Of a DNA stretch of 39,681 nt, positions 28,903 through 36,420 are shown in pieces. Each line of letters opens with the position of its first letter. Position 1 is the stretch's first letter. The notes beneath the pieces are model-generated. The model was not told where the DNA came from. It worked only from the letters and a program-made list of their open reading frames with translations, and did no database searches. The stretch covers positions 1 to 39,681 of the IMG/VR virus record IMGVR_UViG_3300033067_000700; one strand, written 5' to 3'. This DNA comes from a virus. Lineage: Duplodnaviria > Caudoviricetes. Both the position numbers and the translations under genes were made by a program.

Positions 28903-29130
28903 ATGGTAAACCCAAAGGTAACAACCGAAACAGTTGAGGCTAATTCTACTCAAGAGCGTGATGCTCACATTGATGCAGAAACAGCTAAACGAACTGCAAG
29001 CTACGATCCTCTTTTGAAAGATCGTGCTAAGGCAGCAGGGATCAATCCCGACAACTTCGACACTGAGAGTTTACTCGGTGAGGCAGTTGAAGAATACGAA
29101 CGTAATAATCAAGAAAGTGAGAAAGAATAA
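28903..29130 (+). CDS. Hypothetical protein (75 aa)
   Basis: SD GAAAGGA. Confidence 0.7.
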   Translation: MVNPKVTTETVEANSTQERDAHIDAETAKRTASYDPLLKDRAKAAGINPDNFDTESLLGEAVEEYERNNQESEKE

Positions 29131-29131
29131 T

Positions 29132-29485
29132 ATGGCTGATCAAGAATGGACTGAGGCAGGTAATGGTGGTGAGGCTTGGAAGCCTGAGAACGTAGGTGAT
29201 ACGATCACTGGTACTTACAAGTCCCTAAAAACTAACGTAGGCATCAACAAGAGCAATATCTATGTGTTGCAAGAAGAAGGTAAAGACGAAACAACGTCTG
29301 TATGGGGTTCAACCGTACTTGATGGTCGTTTTGAAGAGATCCCTGTTGGTAGCCTTGTAAAGATTGAATATCTTGGTAAGGAAAAGGGCAAGTCGTCTCA
29401 ACCATACAAGAACTTCAAGGTCCTTTACAAAGCCGTACCTGGTGCTGTAGCTGACACCTTTCCTGGTGCAGAAGTAGCGAGCTAG
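29132..29485 (+). CDS. Putative single-stranded DNA-binding protein (OB fold)
   Basis: WKPENVGDTITGTY...VWGSTVLD...VKIEYLG...YKNFKV resembles a phage SSB family; start moved to ATG 29132. Confidence 0.7.
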   Translation: MADQEWTEAGNGGEAWKPENVGDTITGTYKSLKTNVGINKSNIYVLQEEGKDETTSVWGSTVLDGRFEEIPVGSLVKIEYLGKEKGKSSQPYKNFKVLYKAVPGAVADTFPGAEVAS

Positions 29486-29488
29486 TAT

Positions 29489-30031
29489 ATGGCTGATGGG
29501 GACTGGAAAGAGGCAGGGGGTGATACACCTCAAGCACCTGTGGGTGATAACTCCCTGCTCAGTTCTCTCAATATAGACGATTTTCGCTTAACAGAAAATG
29601 CTAAGTTTCAACAACTGAGTAAAGAACTTGCGGATCTTCAACAGAGGATCTTAAAGGACGAGAAAGAGGGGCGTTTATACAATTATGTGGAAAACCCCTC
29701 ACTACTCGGTGATTATCTTGGCAAGCTACGTCTTAGGTGTGCAGAGCTTTACAGCTTTTCTAACCTATACATTGACATCTTAAGTGATCTACAACGTGAG
29801 TACGCCTTAAAGCGACAGGAGTTGTATGTTGAAACTCTGAACAAGCCTAAAGGTTCGCCTTCAGGAGCAGAGAAACACGCACGAGAGATGACACGCATAG
29901 ATGAAAGTAAGATCGGCTTTATCGAGAACTGCTTACAACAAGTGAAAAATGAATATCAACGTTATGACGGTATTTGTATCTATCTGCAAAGTCGTATGAA
30001 AGAGTTTAACACTGAGCGTATGACCGCTTAG
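29489..30031 (+). CDS. Coiled-coil protein, possibly a UvsY-like recombination mediator
   Basis: All-helical; adjacent to SSB and nuclease. The functional call is weak. Confidence 0.45.
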   Translation: MADGDWKEAGGDTPQAPVGDNSLLSSLNIDDFRLTENAKFQQLSKELADLQQRILKDEKEGRLYNYVENPSLLGDYLGKLRLRCAELYSFSNLYIDILSDLQREYALKRQELYVETLNKPKGSPSGAEKHAREMTRIDESKIGFIENCLQQVKNEYQRYDGICIYLQSRMKEFNTERMTA

Positions 30032-30043
30032 AAGGGAATTGAA

Positions 30044-30268
30044 ATGAGTGATTTAACATTCGGACAAAAAGCTATGGGTGTAAAGTTTAACCCATCTGGT
30101 GATGAAAAAGTTGCACGATTAAAAGAGCTGTTTGCTGAAGTAGCAGACATCTTGAACGATGATCGGGGTGATAATCGTGATGAACGTGCAAGGCTGGCAT
30201 CGGTGGTGATCACTGAGGCTCAGACTGCTCAAATATGGGCTGTTAAAGCCGTAACATACGAGAGGTAG
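30044..30268 (+). CDS. Putative Acb2/Tad1-like helical-hairpin protein
   Basis: FNPSGDEKVARLKELFAEVAD...RLASVVITEAQTAQIWAVKAVT pattern. Confidence 0.55.
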   Translation: MSDLTFGQKAMGVKFNPSGDEKVARLKELFAEVADILNDDRGDNRDERARLASVVITEAQTAQIWAVKAVTYER

Positions 30269-30272
30269 TCGT

Positions 30273-30509
30273 ATGGGGGTATCAAGGAAACCAAACGGTA
30301 GATATGAGGCTCGTTACCGCCGTAATGGTAAAACGATCCATGTAGGGACGTTTGACACCGAAGAAGAGGCACGAGCAAACCTCAAGTTAGACCGACAGAC
30401 ATACGATGCTACTATGGCACAGCCTGTTGATCGCTATAAAGAAGAGCATTTAGATGCTCAAAAAGAACCTACATTGTGGGAACGAATTAAAGCAGCTTGG
30501 CGAGGTTAG
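30273..30509 (+). CDS. AP2-like DNA-binding domain protein
   Basis: GVSRKPNGRYEARYRRNGKTIHVGTFDTEEEA. Confidence 0.8.
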   Translation: MGVSRKPNGRYEARYRRNGKTIHVGTFDTEEEARANLKLDRQTYDATMAQPVDRYKEEHLDAQKEPTLWERIKAAWRG

Positions 30510-30510
30510 T

Positions 30511-30897
30511 ATGAATAGCTATCTTCAGCTAACCATTCATGGTCAGACACCAGCTCAGAAGAATAGTAAACAGATTGCACGTTTAAGAGATGGTCGTACC
30601 ATTCTCATAAGTAATAAGATTGTTCAGGCATGGCAGAAAGAGGCAGCAAAAGAGCTTGCACTACTTTACCAGCGTGATACATTCACTGAACGAGTAAGAA
30701 TATCTTACATGTTCTTTGTGAAGGACAATCGAGGCAGGGACATTGACAATATGATTGCCTCAGTCAATGATGCACTTGTTAAGGCAGGTATCATACTGGA
30801 CGATAAATGGCAGTTACTCGCCATAAGATCAGCAGATGCACAACTCGACAAGGAAAACCCTCGTGCAGAGATTGTCATAGAGAAGTATGGGCTATGA
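30511..30897 (+). CDS. rusA: RusA-family Holliday junction resolvase
   Basis: GQTPAQKNS, RDIDNMIASVNDALVKAGIILDD and NPRAEIVI; ATG at 30511 behind GAGG. Confidence 0.88.
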   Translation: MNSYLQLTIHGQTPAQKNSKQIARLRDGRTILISNKIVQAWQKEAAKELALLYQRDTFTERVRISYMFFVKDNRGRDIDNMIASVNDALVKAGIILDDKWQLLAIRSADAQLDKENPRAEIVIEKYGL

Positions 30898-31195
30898 GAA
30901 CGCAAGATGGGCGAGAACTCAAAAGCGGTGGAAACGTGAGAACCCACCAGTAAACGGTGAAACATGGACTTGCATCATAGGTGGTGCATCTCTCACCGAT
31001 AACCCGATGGCGTACCCTTACGCTTTACCGCTTACTCTCGACCATGATATACCACGTTCACGAGATCCGAAGTTGAGGCATGAACTGAGCAACTTACACC
31101 CGATGTGTGCATATCATAACGGTGAAAAGGGCAGTAGATCTCTTGAACAATATAGAAAGCAATTAGGTGGGAACTTCAGTCAATGTCAATTTTAG
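30887..31195 (+). CDS. HNH endonuclease
   Basis: TLDHDIPRSRDPKLRHELSNLHPMCAYHNGEKG. Confidence 0.85.
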   Translation: MGYENARWARTQKRWKRENPPVNGETWTCIIGGASLTDNPMAYPYALPLTLDHDIPRSRDPKLRHELSNLHPMCAYHNGEKGSRSLEQYRKQLGGNFSQCQF

Positions 31196-31197
31196 TA

Positions 31198-31254
31198 TTG
31201 ACATTCTATACCACTTATGCTAATATAGAATAGTCATAAACGAAAGGAACTAAC
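31198..31254 (+). promoter_or_regulatory. Promoter plus conserved leader GAAAGGAACTAAC
   Basis: TTGACA(31198)-17-TAATAT with TG extension; 13-mer at 31242-31254. Confidence 0.8.
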
Positions 31255-31257
31255 AAA

Positions 31258-31491
31258 ATGACTAAAGAAACAACTAACTCCCTTGAGGAGTACAAGACAA
31301 GTGTCTTAAAGCGAGAATATCGTTATAAGATCGGTATCACAGCAGTATTAACCTTTATGGCATCAATCACTGTTGGACTGATCGTAGGCTACTTTTGGGC
31401 AATCGGTATCATCACTGATAGCCAGAGTAAGGCAATGAACGTCATTACTTCTGTTAAAGAAACAGCAGAAGTAAAAACACAAGCTCAGTAA
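31258..31491 (+). CDS. Single-pass membrane protein (77 aa); zero-frame product of a predicted frameshift gene
   Basis: Transmembrane segment IGITAVLTFMASITVGLIVGYFWAIGII. Confidence 0.75.
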   Translation: MTKETTNSLEEYKTSVLKREYRYKIGITAVLTFMASITVGLIVGYFWAIGIITDSQSKAMNVITSVKETAEVKTQAQ

Positions 31492-31823
31492 TTCCGCCGA
31501 CTGAGCAGCCAAAAGAGGCGGAGGTCATACCTGTTAAGGTAGAGCCTCAGATCAACTACGAGGCAGAGGCTAAGGCTTTCATCTACACAAAGGAAAGTAG
31601 CAACAGGCTTGATGCAGTCAATGGATCTGGTTGTAAAGGACTAGGGCAGGACTGTAACAACGTACTTCATATCGAATGTCCTAACTGGCAAACTGACTAC
31701 GCATGTCAAGATGCCTTTTGGGAACGGTATATGCAGAAACGCTACGGTACTTGGGTGAAAGCTAAAGCCTTCTGGCTCGCAAGAGTACCTATAAATGGAG
31801 TAGATGTCGGTCATTGGTGGTAA
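31476..31823 (+). CDS. Lysozyme-fold lytic transglycosylase (Apf/SLT-like) domain in the -1 frame; predicted ~188 aa fusion with the ORF starting at 31258
   Basis: AKAFIYTKESSNRLDAVNGSGCKGLGQ...YMQKRYGTWVKAKAFW...HWW; no ATG/GTG/TTG upstream of the catalytic ES motif in this frame. Confidence 0.75.
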   Translation, partial: NTSSVIPPTEQPKEAEVIPVKVEPQINYEAEAKAFIYTKESSNRLDAVNGSGCKGLGQDCNNVLHIECPNWQTDYACQDAFWERYMQKRYGTWVKAKAFWLARVPINGVDVGHWW

Positions 31824-31861
31824 AATAGATGAGTGGGTCGTATAGGGGTTACGAGGTACGG

Positions 31862-31891
31862 AAAAGAGCAGTCTGCGAGGCTGTTCTTTTT
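31862..31891. terminator. Bidirectional intrinsic terminator ending the early arm
   Basis: AAAAGAGCAGTC-TGCGA-GGCTGTTCTTTTT. Confidence 0.8.
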
Positions 31892-31899
31892 CTTTGCCA

Positions 31900-32024
31900 A
31901 AACAAAAACACTCCCTTTCTAGGTAAGACGGTGGAGGGTAGAAACCATCTTACAGGAGTGTTAATGCCTAACATAAGTTAGAAATAGGGGGTATAAGGTA
32001 CTCATTTGACGCTAATCTAATGAT
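31900..32024 (-). ncRNA. Candidate ~125-nt sRNA (sRNA-2) with a loop antisense to the dnaB RBS
   Basis: TTGACA(32059-32054)-17-TACACT(32036-32031); nested hairpin 31907-31962 ending in a U-tract. Confidence 0.5.
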
Positions 32025-32067
32025 ACCTTAAGTGTAATGCTACCCCCTTATTATGTCAAGTGATACT

Positions 32068-32469
32068 TTACAAACCAGCGATTTGACGAGCTTGTGCAGG
32101 GGTTTTACCCTCTTTGATCGCTTTGTTGAAGGCATCAACCTTACTGTTACCAGTAGAGTTAGGCTTACCGTCCTCATCAGCCTCTAGGATCTTGAATGAT
32201 CCACGCATCTGAGCATCATGTTTCGCCTTTGCCTCAGCGTATTCCTTGCCGTATTCACGAACAAGGTAACTATCGCTACAATCTTCGTCATCACACTCAA
32301 GACCACCATAACGATCACCTTGAGATTTACTGATCATCTTCACCTTAATAGTGATAGTTGTCGTATCACCAACTTCGAGATCCTTCAGCTCAGGTAGAAT
32401 ACTCTCAGTGAGTTCTACTCGTGGGCGAGAAGGCTTAAATACTTTCTTGTTTCGAGGTTTATCAGCCAT
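32068..32469 (-). CDS. Hypothetical protein (133 aa)
   Basis: Follows the lysin gene; SD GAAAGG. Confidence 0.7.
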   Translation of the reverse strand: MADKPRNKKVFKPSRPRVELTESILPELKDLEVGDTTTITIKVKMISKSQGDRYGGLECDDEDCSDSYLVREYGKEYAEAKAKHDAQMRGSFKILEADEDGKPNSTGNSKVDAFNKAIKEGKTPAQARQIAGL

Positions 32470-32471
32470 GA

Positions 32472-33767
32472 TTATGCCTTTCTGATGTTAGCTATATTTA
32501 TTGCAGCCCATACCTGACCACGAGCTACCAGCACCGCACGATCACCCTTTACCTCTGAAACGGTATAAGTAGGATCGTACTGAGTGAGAGGTACACCATC
32601 GTAACTGATACGGTTGATCGGTACGACAGTATCACCTTGCTTAATGGCGGCAGTGTTAGGTTTAGGAGCAGGTACACCAGCGTTCACAATAGCCTGAATA
32701 GCATCATAGTTATAGCCAGCAGCTACCAGACGGTTTTTACGCTCAGGGTTATTACCCCAATCGCCACGAGCCACCTCACGAGCTATTTCCTCGTTACTCT
32801 TACGAGCAGGAGTTGTAGGTACTGGTTGAGGAGCAGGAGCAGGAGTGTTATTTACCCAACCCTTGTAACGGAACGCACCAGCGAAGGCAGATTTAGCCAC
32901 ACGAGTAACATTGAAGGCAGCACCACCATTAGCACCGACAGCACCTCCCTGATTTTGTCCTAAGATCTTCATGTAGTTACCGTCATAGCCATCGAAGAAA
33001 CCGATATGGTTAGGTCGCATAACAACGACATCACCGAGCTTAAGGCTATTTACATCGTACACAAGATCAAACTTATCGTATTTGTTTCGGTCCTTGTTAA
33101 GATCCCATGTACCAACCGCTAGACCGTTACCAGTAACCAGTGATAGTCCTAGCTGTTGCCAGAGCAGTGCAGCACCGTCCCAGCACTGCCAACCGTAGTA
33201 GTTATCTATATCGAAGCCTCGACCCTCAACAGCACTCTTAAATGCAGCGTATGATCCGATGGGCACTGAGTAGAACGTACCAACGCCACCTTCTTGCTCG
33301 TCAGCGATCTTTTGTTTTAGGTACTCCTCAGATGGTTTAGGTAGTCCAGCAATATCAAAGACCAGAGGCTTATCAGGATCAGTGTTTACAGCCTGTTCTT
33401 GAATAGCTTTCACCTGATCATCTGTTAGCCCTATTGTGATACCGAGTTTAGCGACAGTCTTACCAGCCATAACACCACTTGCGAGTAGCATAAGAGCGAA
33501 TATGACACGAGGAGCAATAGCCTCAACATTTTGTAGTTCTATGCCCTGTAGAGCAGACTGAGCGATCAGCAGGTAAGTACCGACAGCCAAGCCAACGACT
33601 ACACCACCGAGAGCAAGCCATTTTACCAAGCCATTGACGTACTTTCGCCAATCAAACTTCTGCTCGAATACATTGATATTCTGATATGCACCGACAACGG
33701 TATAGAGAACTACAAACAAGCTGTAGATCCCAAAGTCCGTAAGTGCTGTGAGTAATACGTCTATCAT
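32472..33767 (-). CDS. Endolysin with holin-like 3-TM N-terminus, CHAP domain, Cpl-7 (CW_7) repeat and SH3-like domain
   Basis: DIDNYYGWQCWD...GDVVV...NHIG...ILGQNQ is CHAP; KSNEEIAREVARGDWGNNPERKNRLVAAGYNYDAIQAIVN is CW_7. Confidence 0.88.
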   Translation of the reverse strand: MIDVLLTALTDFGIYSLFVVLYTVVGAYQNINVFEQKFDWRKYVNGLVKWLALGGVVVGLAVGTYLLIAQSALQGIELQNVEAIAPRVIFALMLLASGVMAGKTVAKLGITIGLTDDQVKAIQEQAVNTDPDKPLVFDIAGLPKPSEEYLKQKIADEQEGGVGTFYSVPIGSYAAFKSAVEGRGFDIDNYYGWQCWDGAALLWQQLGLSLVTGNGLAVGTWDLNKDRNKYDKFDLVYDVNSLKLGDVVVMRPNHIGFFDGYDGNYMKILGQNQGGAVGANGGAAFNVTRVAKSAFAGAFRYKGWVNNTPAPAPQPVPTTPARKSNEEIAREVARGDWGNNPERKNRLVAAGYNYDAIQAIVNAGVPAPKPNTAAIKQGDTVVPINRISYDGVPLTQYDPTYTVSEVKGDRAVLVARGQVWAAINIANIRKA

Positions 33768-33777
33768 ATAATCTCCT

Positions 33778-34101
33778 TTATTTCTTTTTCATTAAGTTAA
33801 GCGTTTCTTCACCAACAGTACGAATTGTACTGAGTTCAGATGCAATGTTTTGCAAAGGTACGTCTTTGAGAACGCTCACCTGTCCTCGTAGTTCGGCAAT
33901 TTCACCAGTGTGTTTAGTGTGATCATCAGTCAGTTTATTTATTTGATCCTTTTGTTCAGCCTTACCAGCCTGTAGTGTGGTGATCAGGTTTTTTTGTTCC
34001 TCAACTGTGGCGGTCAATGTCTTACTTTTTAGCACCAGCACCGAGCCAATGATGGTAGTAATACCACCCACAGTTGTTGTTACAATTCCCAATAATTCCA
34101 T
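33778..34101 (-). CDS. Membrane protein with coiled coil (holin/lysis accessory)
   Basis: N-terminal transmembrane segment then heptad repeats; directly upstream of the lysin. Confidence 0.55.
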   Translation of the reverse strand: MELLGIVTTTVGGITTIIGSVLVLKSKTLTATVEEQKNLITTLQAGKAEQKDQINKLTDDHTKHTGEIAELRGQVSVLKDVPLQNIASELSTIRTVGEETLNLMKKK

Positions 34102-34199
34102 ATTTTCACCCTTTCAGTCGTTTTTATTTTGTCAATCTTTTAACTTAATTATAACACCATAATAAATATAAGTTTGACCCTAATTTTTTAGGGGCGAAC

Positions 34200-34241
34200 C
34201 ACTACAAGTTACCTCCTATAATTTAGGAAAAAGAAGTGTAA
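34200..34241 (+). repeat. Left 42-bp inverted repeat of the tail-fibre invertible segment
   Basis: CACTACAAGTTACCTCCTATAATTTAGGAAAAAGAAGTGTAA is the exact reverse complement of 35028-35069. Confidence 0.95.
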
Positions 34242-34588
34242 GCTATCAAAACATCAAAGAAAGCACATACACTTTGGAAGAACAAGCAGTCGGTACATGG
34301 GTAGATGGAAAGACTATTTATCGCAAGTCATGGGTTGGCACAAGTTCACTACCAACTGCTCATGGTATTACAGGGCTAGATGTACCTCTAGCCCTTGAAG
34401 CATTTGTGTTTAACAACGCCTCTGGTAGTACATGGCGACCTATTCCCTGGACGTTTAACGCTGGTGCTTACGATGCAACATGGAATGGTGGTGTTTCTAT
34501 AAGCTCAACCACCTTCTCATGGCAACTTGGTACAAACTTGGGCGTGTTCAACAGGAATGTCGTAACACTCTACTACACTAAGACTTAA
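34202..34588 (+). other. Silent alternative tail-fibre C-terminal cassette (tip B, 115 aa after the repeat)
   Basis: In frame from the repeat: LQVTSYNLGKRSV|SYQNIKESTYTLEEQAVGTWVDGKTIYRK...LYYTKT*. GTWxDGKxIYRK...YTK is a common fibre-tip module. Confidence 0.85.
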
Positions 34589-36420
34589 AGTACCTCGTAC
34601 CAACCACCTATCATAAAGCTATCTGCACCATTAGCCCATGTCATAGGTACTGTTGGTGAGGTGGCTGATGGGCTAAGGTATGTACCTACCGCATTGAAAC
34701 AGAGTAACGCCATAGTTGTAGGCGAAATTAACTGTGCCTCAGCAGGGAATTGAGCTGTGCCACCATCTAAGATATAACCCTTACTGTTAAGAGGGTTAAT
34801 AGGCGATAGTTGAGCATGTTTAGGGCTTACTGGTACAGGTAATGAAAATGTATGCTGACCAGTAACCGATGCACCTTGTGTAACCTTGAGGTAGAAGAAA
34901 CAAAACTTACCAATTAAGGTGTATCTAGCCACATCTATCGTACCTGTAAAGTTTGTAAGTATTGGTGTCCAGTCCTGCCATTGAGAAGTTGAACCACTAA
35001 GACTTTCAAAATCAATATTTAAGCCCTTTACACTTCTTTTTCCTAAATTATAGGAGGTAACTTGTAGTGTCTGTGGTAAACCATAAGGGGCTTCACCAGT
35101 TGAGAAGAATAGTGAGTTGAGGGTCATGTTTGGAATGAAGTCATCACCAGCGTACACCTGAATAATGGTGTTAGGAGCAGAGTAAGTAACAGATACGATC
35201 CTCGCATAGCCAGTAGACTTAAAGACGTTACCAGCAGATACGGCAGCACCGCCTGACCCTGTGAGGTGGTTAGCGTTAGACGTAAGATCGTTTAGGTTAG
35301 TGCTGAATGGGTAGTAAGCAACAAGGTTAGTTTCGCTACCAGTAAGCATCTGACCCATATTGTCATTGATCTGAGTAGAAGTCCTGATAGTGTTCCATAC
35401 TCGCACCTCTTGTAGACGACCATCGAAGTATAGTGATGCAGCAGAGCTTAATGCACCTACACGAAGATCTGAAGTACCCTGAACGATAGCAGTGATCGTA
35501 CCAGTGGTGGTATTAGTGAAGGTTACGCTTTCACCGTTGATGTACATAGCATGTACGTTAGCTGAGTGATCCTGAGTAACAGCAACATGAATAGGCTCAC
35601 CAAGCGGTAGTACTCTGTTAGATGTAAGAACTCGGTTGTTTGCAGCGATACGTTGTGCGGTTGCGACTAACTGACCACTTGCATTAACAGATAGCGACCA
35701 GCCTTCAGTTGTACCATTCCTACGTCCCACGATGATCTGTTCAGCACCAGTATAGCTTTCAAGAGTAAATAGAGCCTCAAGGGTGTAGTCATCAGTAAAT
35801 GAGATACCAGCAGGAGTAGCTTTTGTAGCATATTGAGAGCTTGAGCTTTCAAGATCAAGTGAGTTAGCAGGTGGTGTTGTACCACGCTCATAACGAAGAG
35901 CCATACCCTGAGAGGCAATAGATGTTGCATCAGCGTTTGGTACGGTAAGGTTGTAGATCTTCGCACCTAAGTTATAGCCAGAGCTTACCTGTAGTACGTT
36001 AGGGAAAACCTCCCAACCAGCAGTTGAGGCAGTAGACAGATTAAGGGCTTCACGAATAGGATCAGCTTTAAGTGAGCCGTCCTGTTCCATAATCCCCTTG
36101 AGAGCTTTAGTAACAAGGTTATAGTGAGTGGCACTGTCGTAGTCCACAACAGGAGCACCAGAGGCGTGATCGGCAGATACGTTACCTTCTGTCCATACAC
36201 AGTCCTCAAACTGGTTTCCGTTTTTACGCCCGACAAAGGTAGCCTCATCGTTCGTACCAGCATCAACAGTGATAACAGCAATATCACCATTCACATATTC
36301 ACTAGCATTGTTCACTGGTACGATAACAGCACCAGCAGTAATAGAGGCACTAAGGTTGTCCTCAAAGGTTTCACTCGCAGTTGCGAGGAAGTTTGTTGTT
36401 ACTCCTGAAAGATCCGCCAT
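34585..36420 (-). CDS. Tail fibre / receptor-binding protein with LamG domain and variable tip (tip A)
   Basis: DYTLEA...HVAVT...MYING...LRVG...FDGRLQEVRVWNTIRT...LVAYYPF is LamG; C-terminal WTP...ARYTLIGK...FSLPV...GWYEV module. Confidence 0.88.
   Translation of the reverse strand: MADLSGVTTNFLATASETFEDNLSASITAGAVIVPVNNASEYVNGDIAVITVDAGTNDEATFVGRKNGNQFEDCVWTEGNVSADHASGAPVVDYDSATHYNLVTKALKGIMEQDGSLKADPIREALNLSTASTAGWEVFPNVLQVSSGYNLGAKIYNLTVPNADATSIASQGMALRYERGTTPPANSLDLESSSSQYATKATPAGISFTDDYTLEALFTLESYTGAEQIIVGRRNGTTEGWSLSVNASGQLVATAQRIAANNRVLTSNRVLPLGEPIHVAVTQDHSANVHAMYINGESVTFTNTTTGTITAIVQGTSDLRVGALSSAASLYFDGRLQEVRVWNTIRTSTQINDNMGQMLTGSETNLVAYYPFSTNLNDLTSNANHLTGSGGAAVSAGNVFKSTGYARIVSVTYSAPNTIIQVYAGDDFIPNMTLNSLFFSTGEAPYGLPQTLQVTSYNLGKRSVKGLNIDFESLSGSTSQWQDWTPILTNFTGTIDVARYTLIGKFCFFYLKVTQGASVTGQHTFSLPVPVSPKHAQLSPINPLNSKGYILDGGTAQFPAEAQLISPTTMALLCFNAVGTYLSPSATSPTVPMTWANGADSFMIGGWYEVL
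35028..35069 (-). repeat. Right 42-bp inverted repeat, inside the tail-fibre gene
   Basis: Encodes LQVTSYNLGKRSV of the fibre; exact inverted copy of 34200-34241. Confidence 0.95.

Noticed and set aside
21293-31254. GAAAGGAACTAAC copies as a CRISPR array
   Set aside because: They are only 13 bp, irregularly spaced kilobases apart, and located at RBSs.
34200-34241. Inverted repeat as a Xer dif site
   Set aside because: ACCTCCTATAA resembles a Firmicute XerC arm, but no TTATGT-type XerD arm follows.
34274-34588. Stand-alone 104-aa gene from the ORF track
   Set aside because: The TTG start has no good SD, and the frame extends back into the 42-bp repeat. It is better explained as a silent alternative fibre tip.
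34200-36420. Diversity-generating retroelement acting on the fibre
   Set aside because: There is no reverse transcriptase and no template/variable repeat pair differing at adenines.
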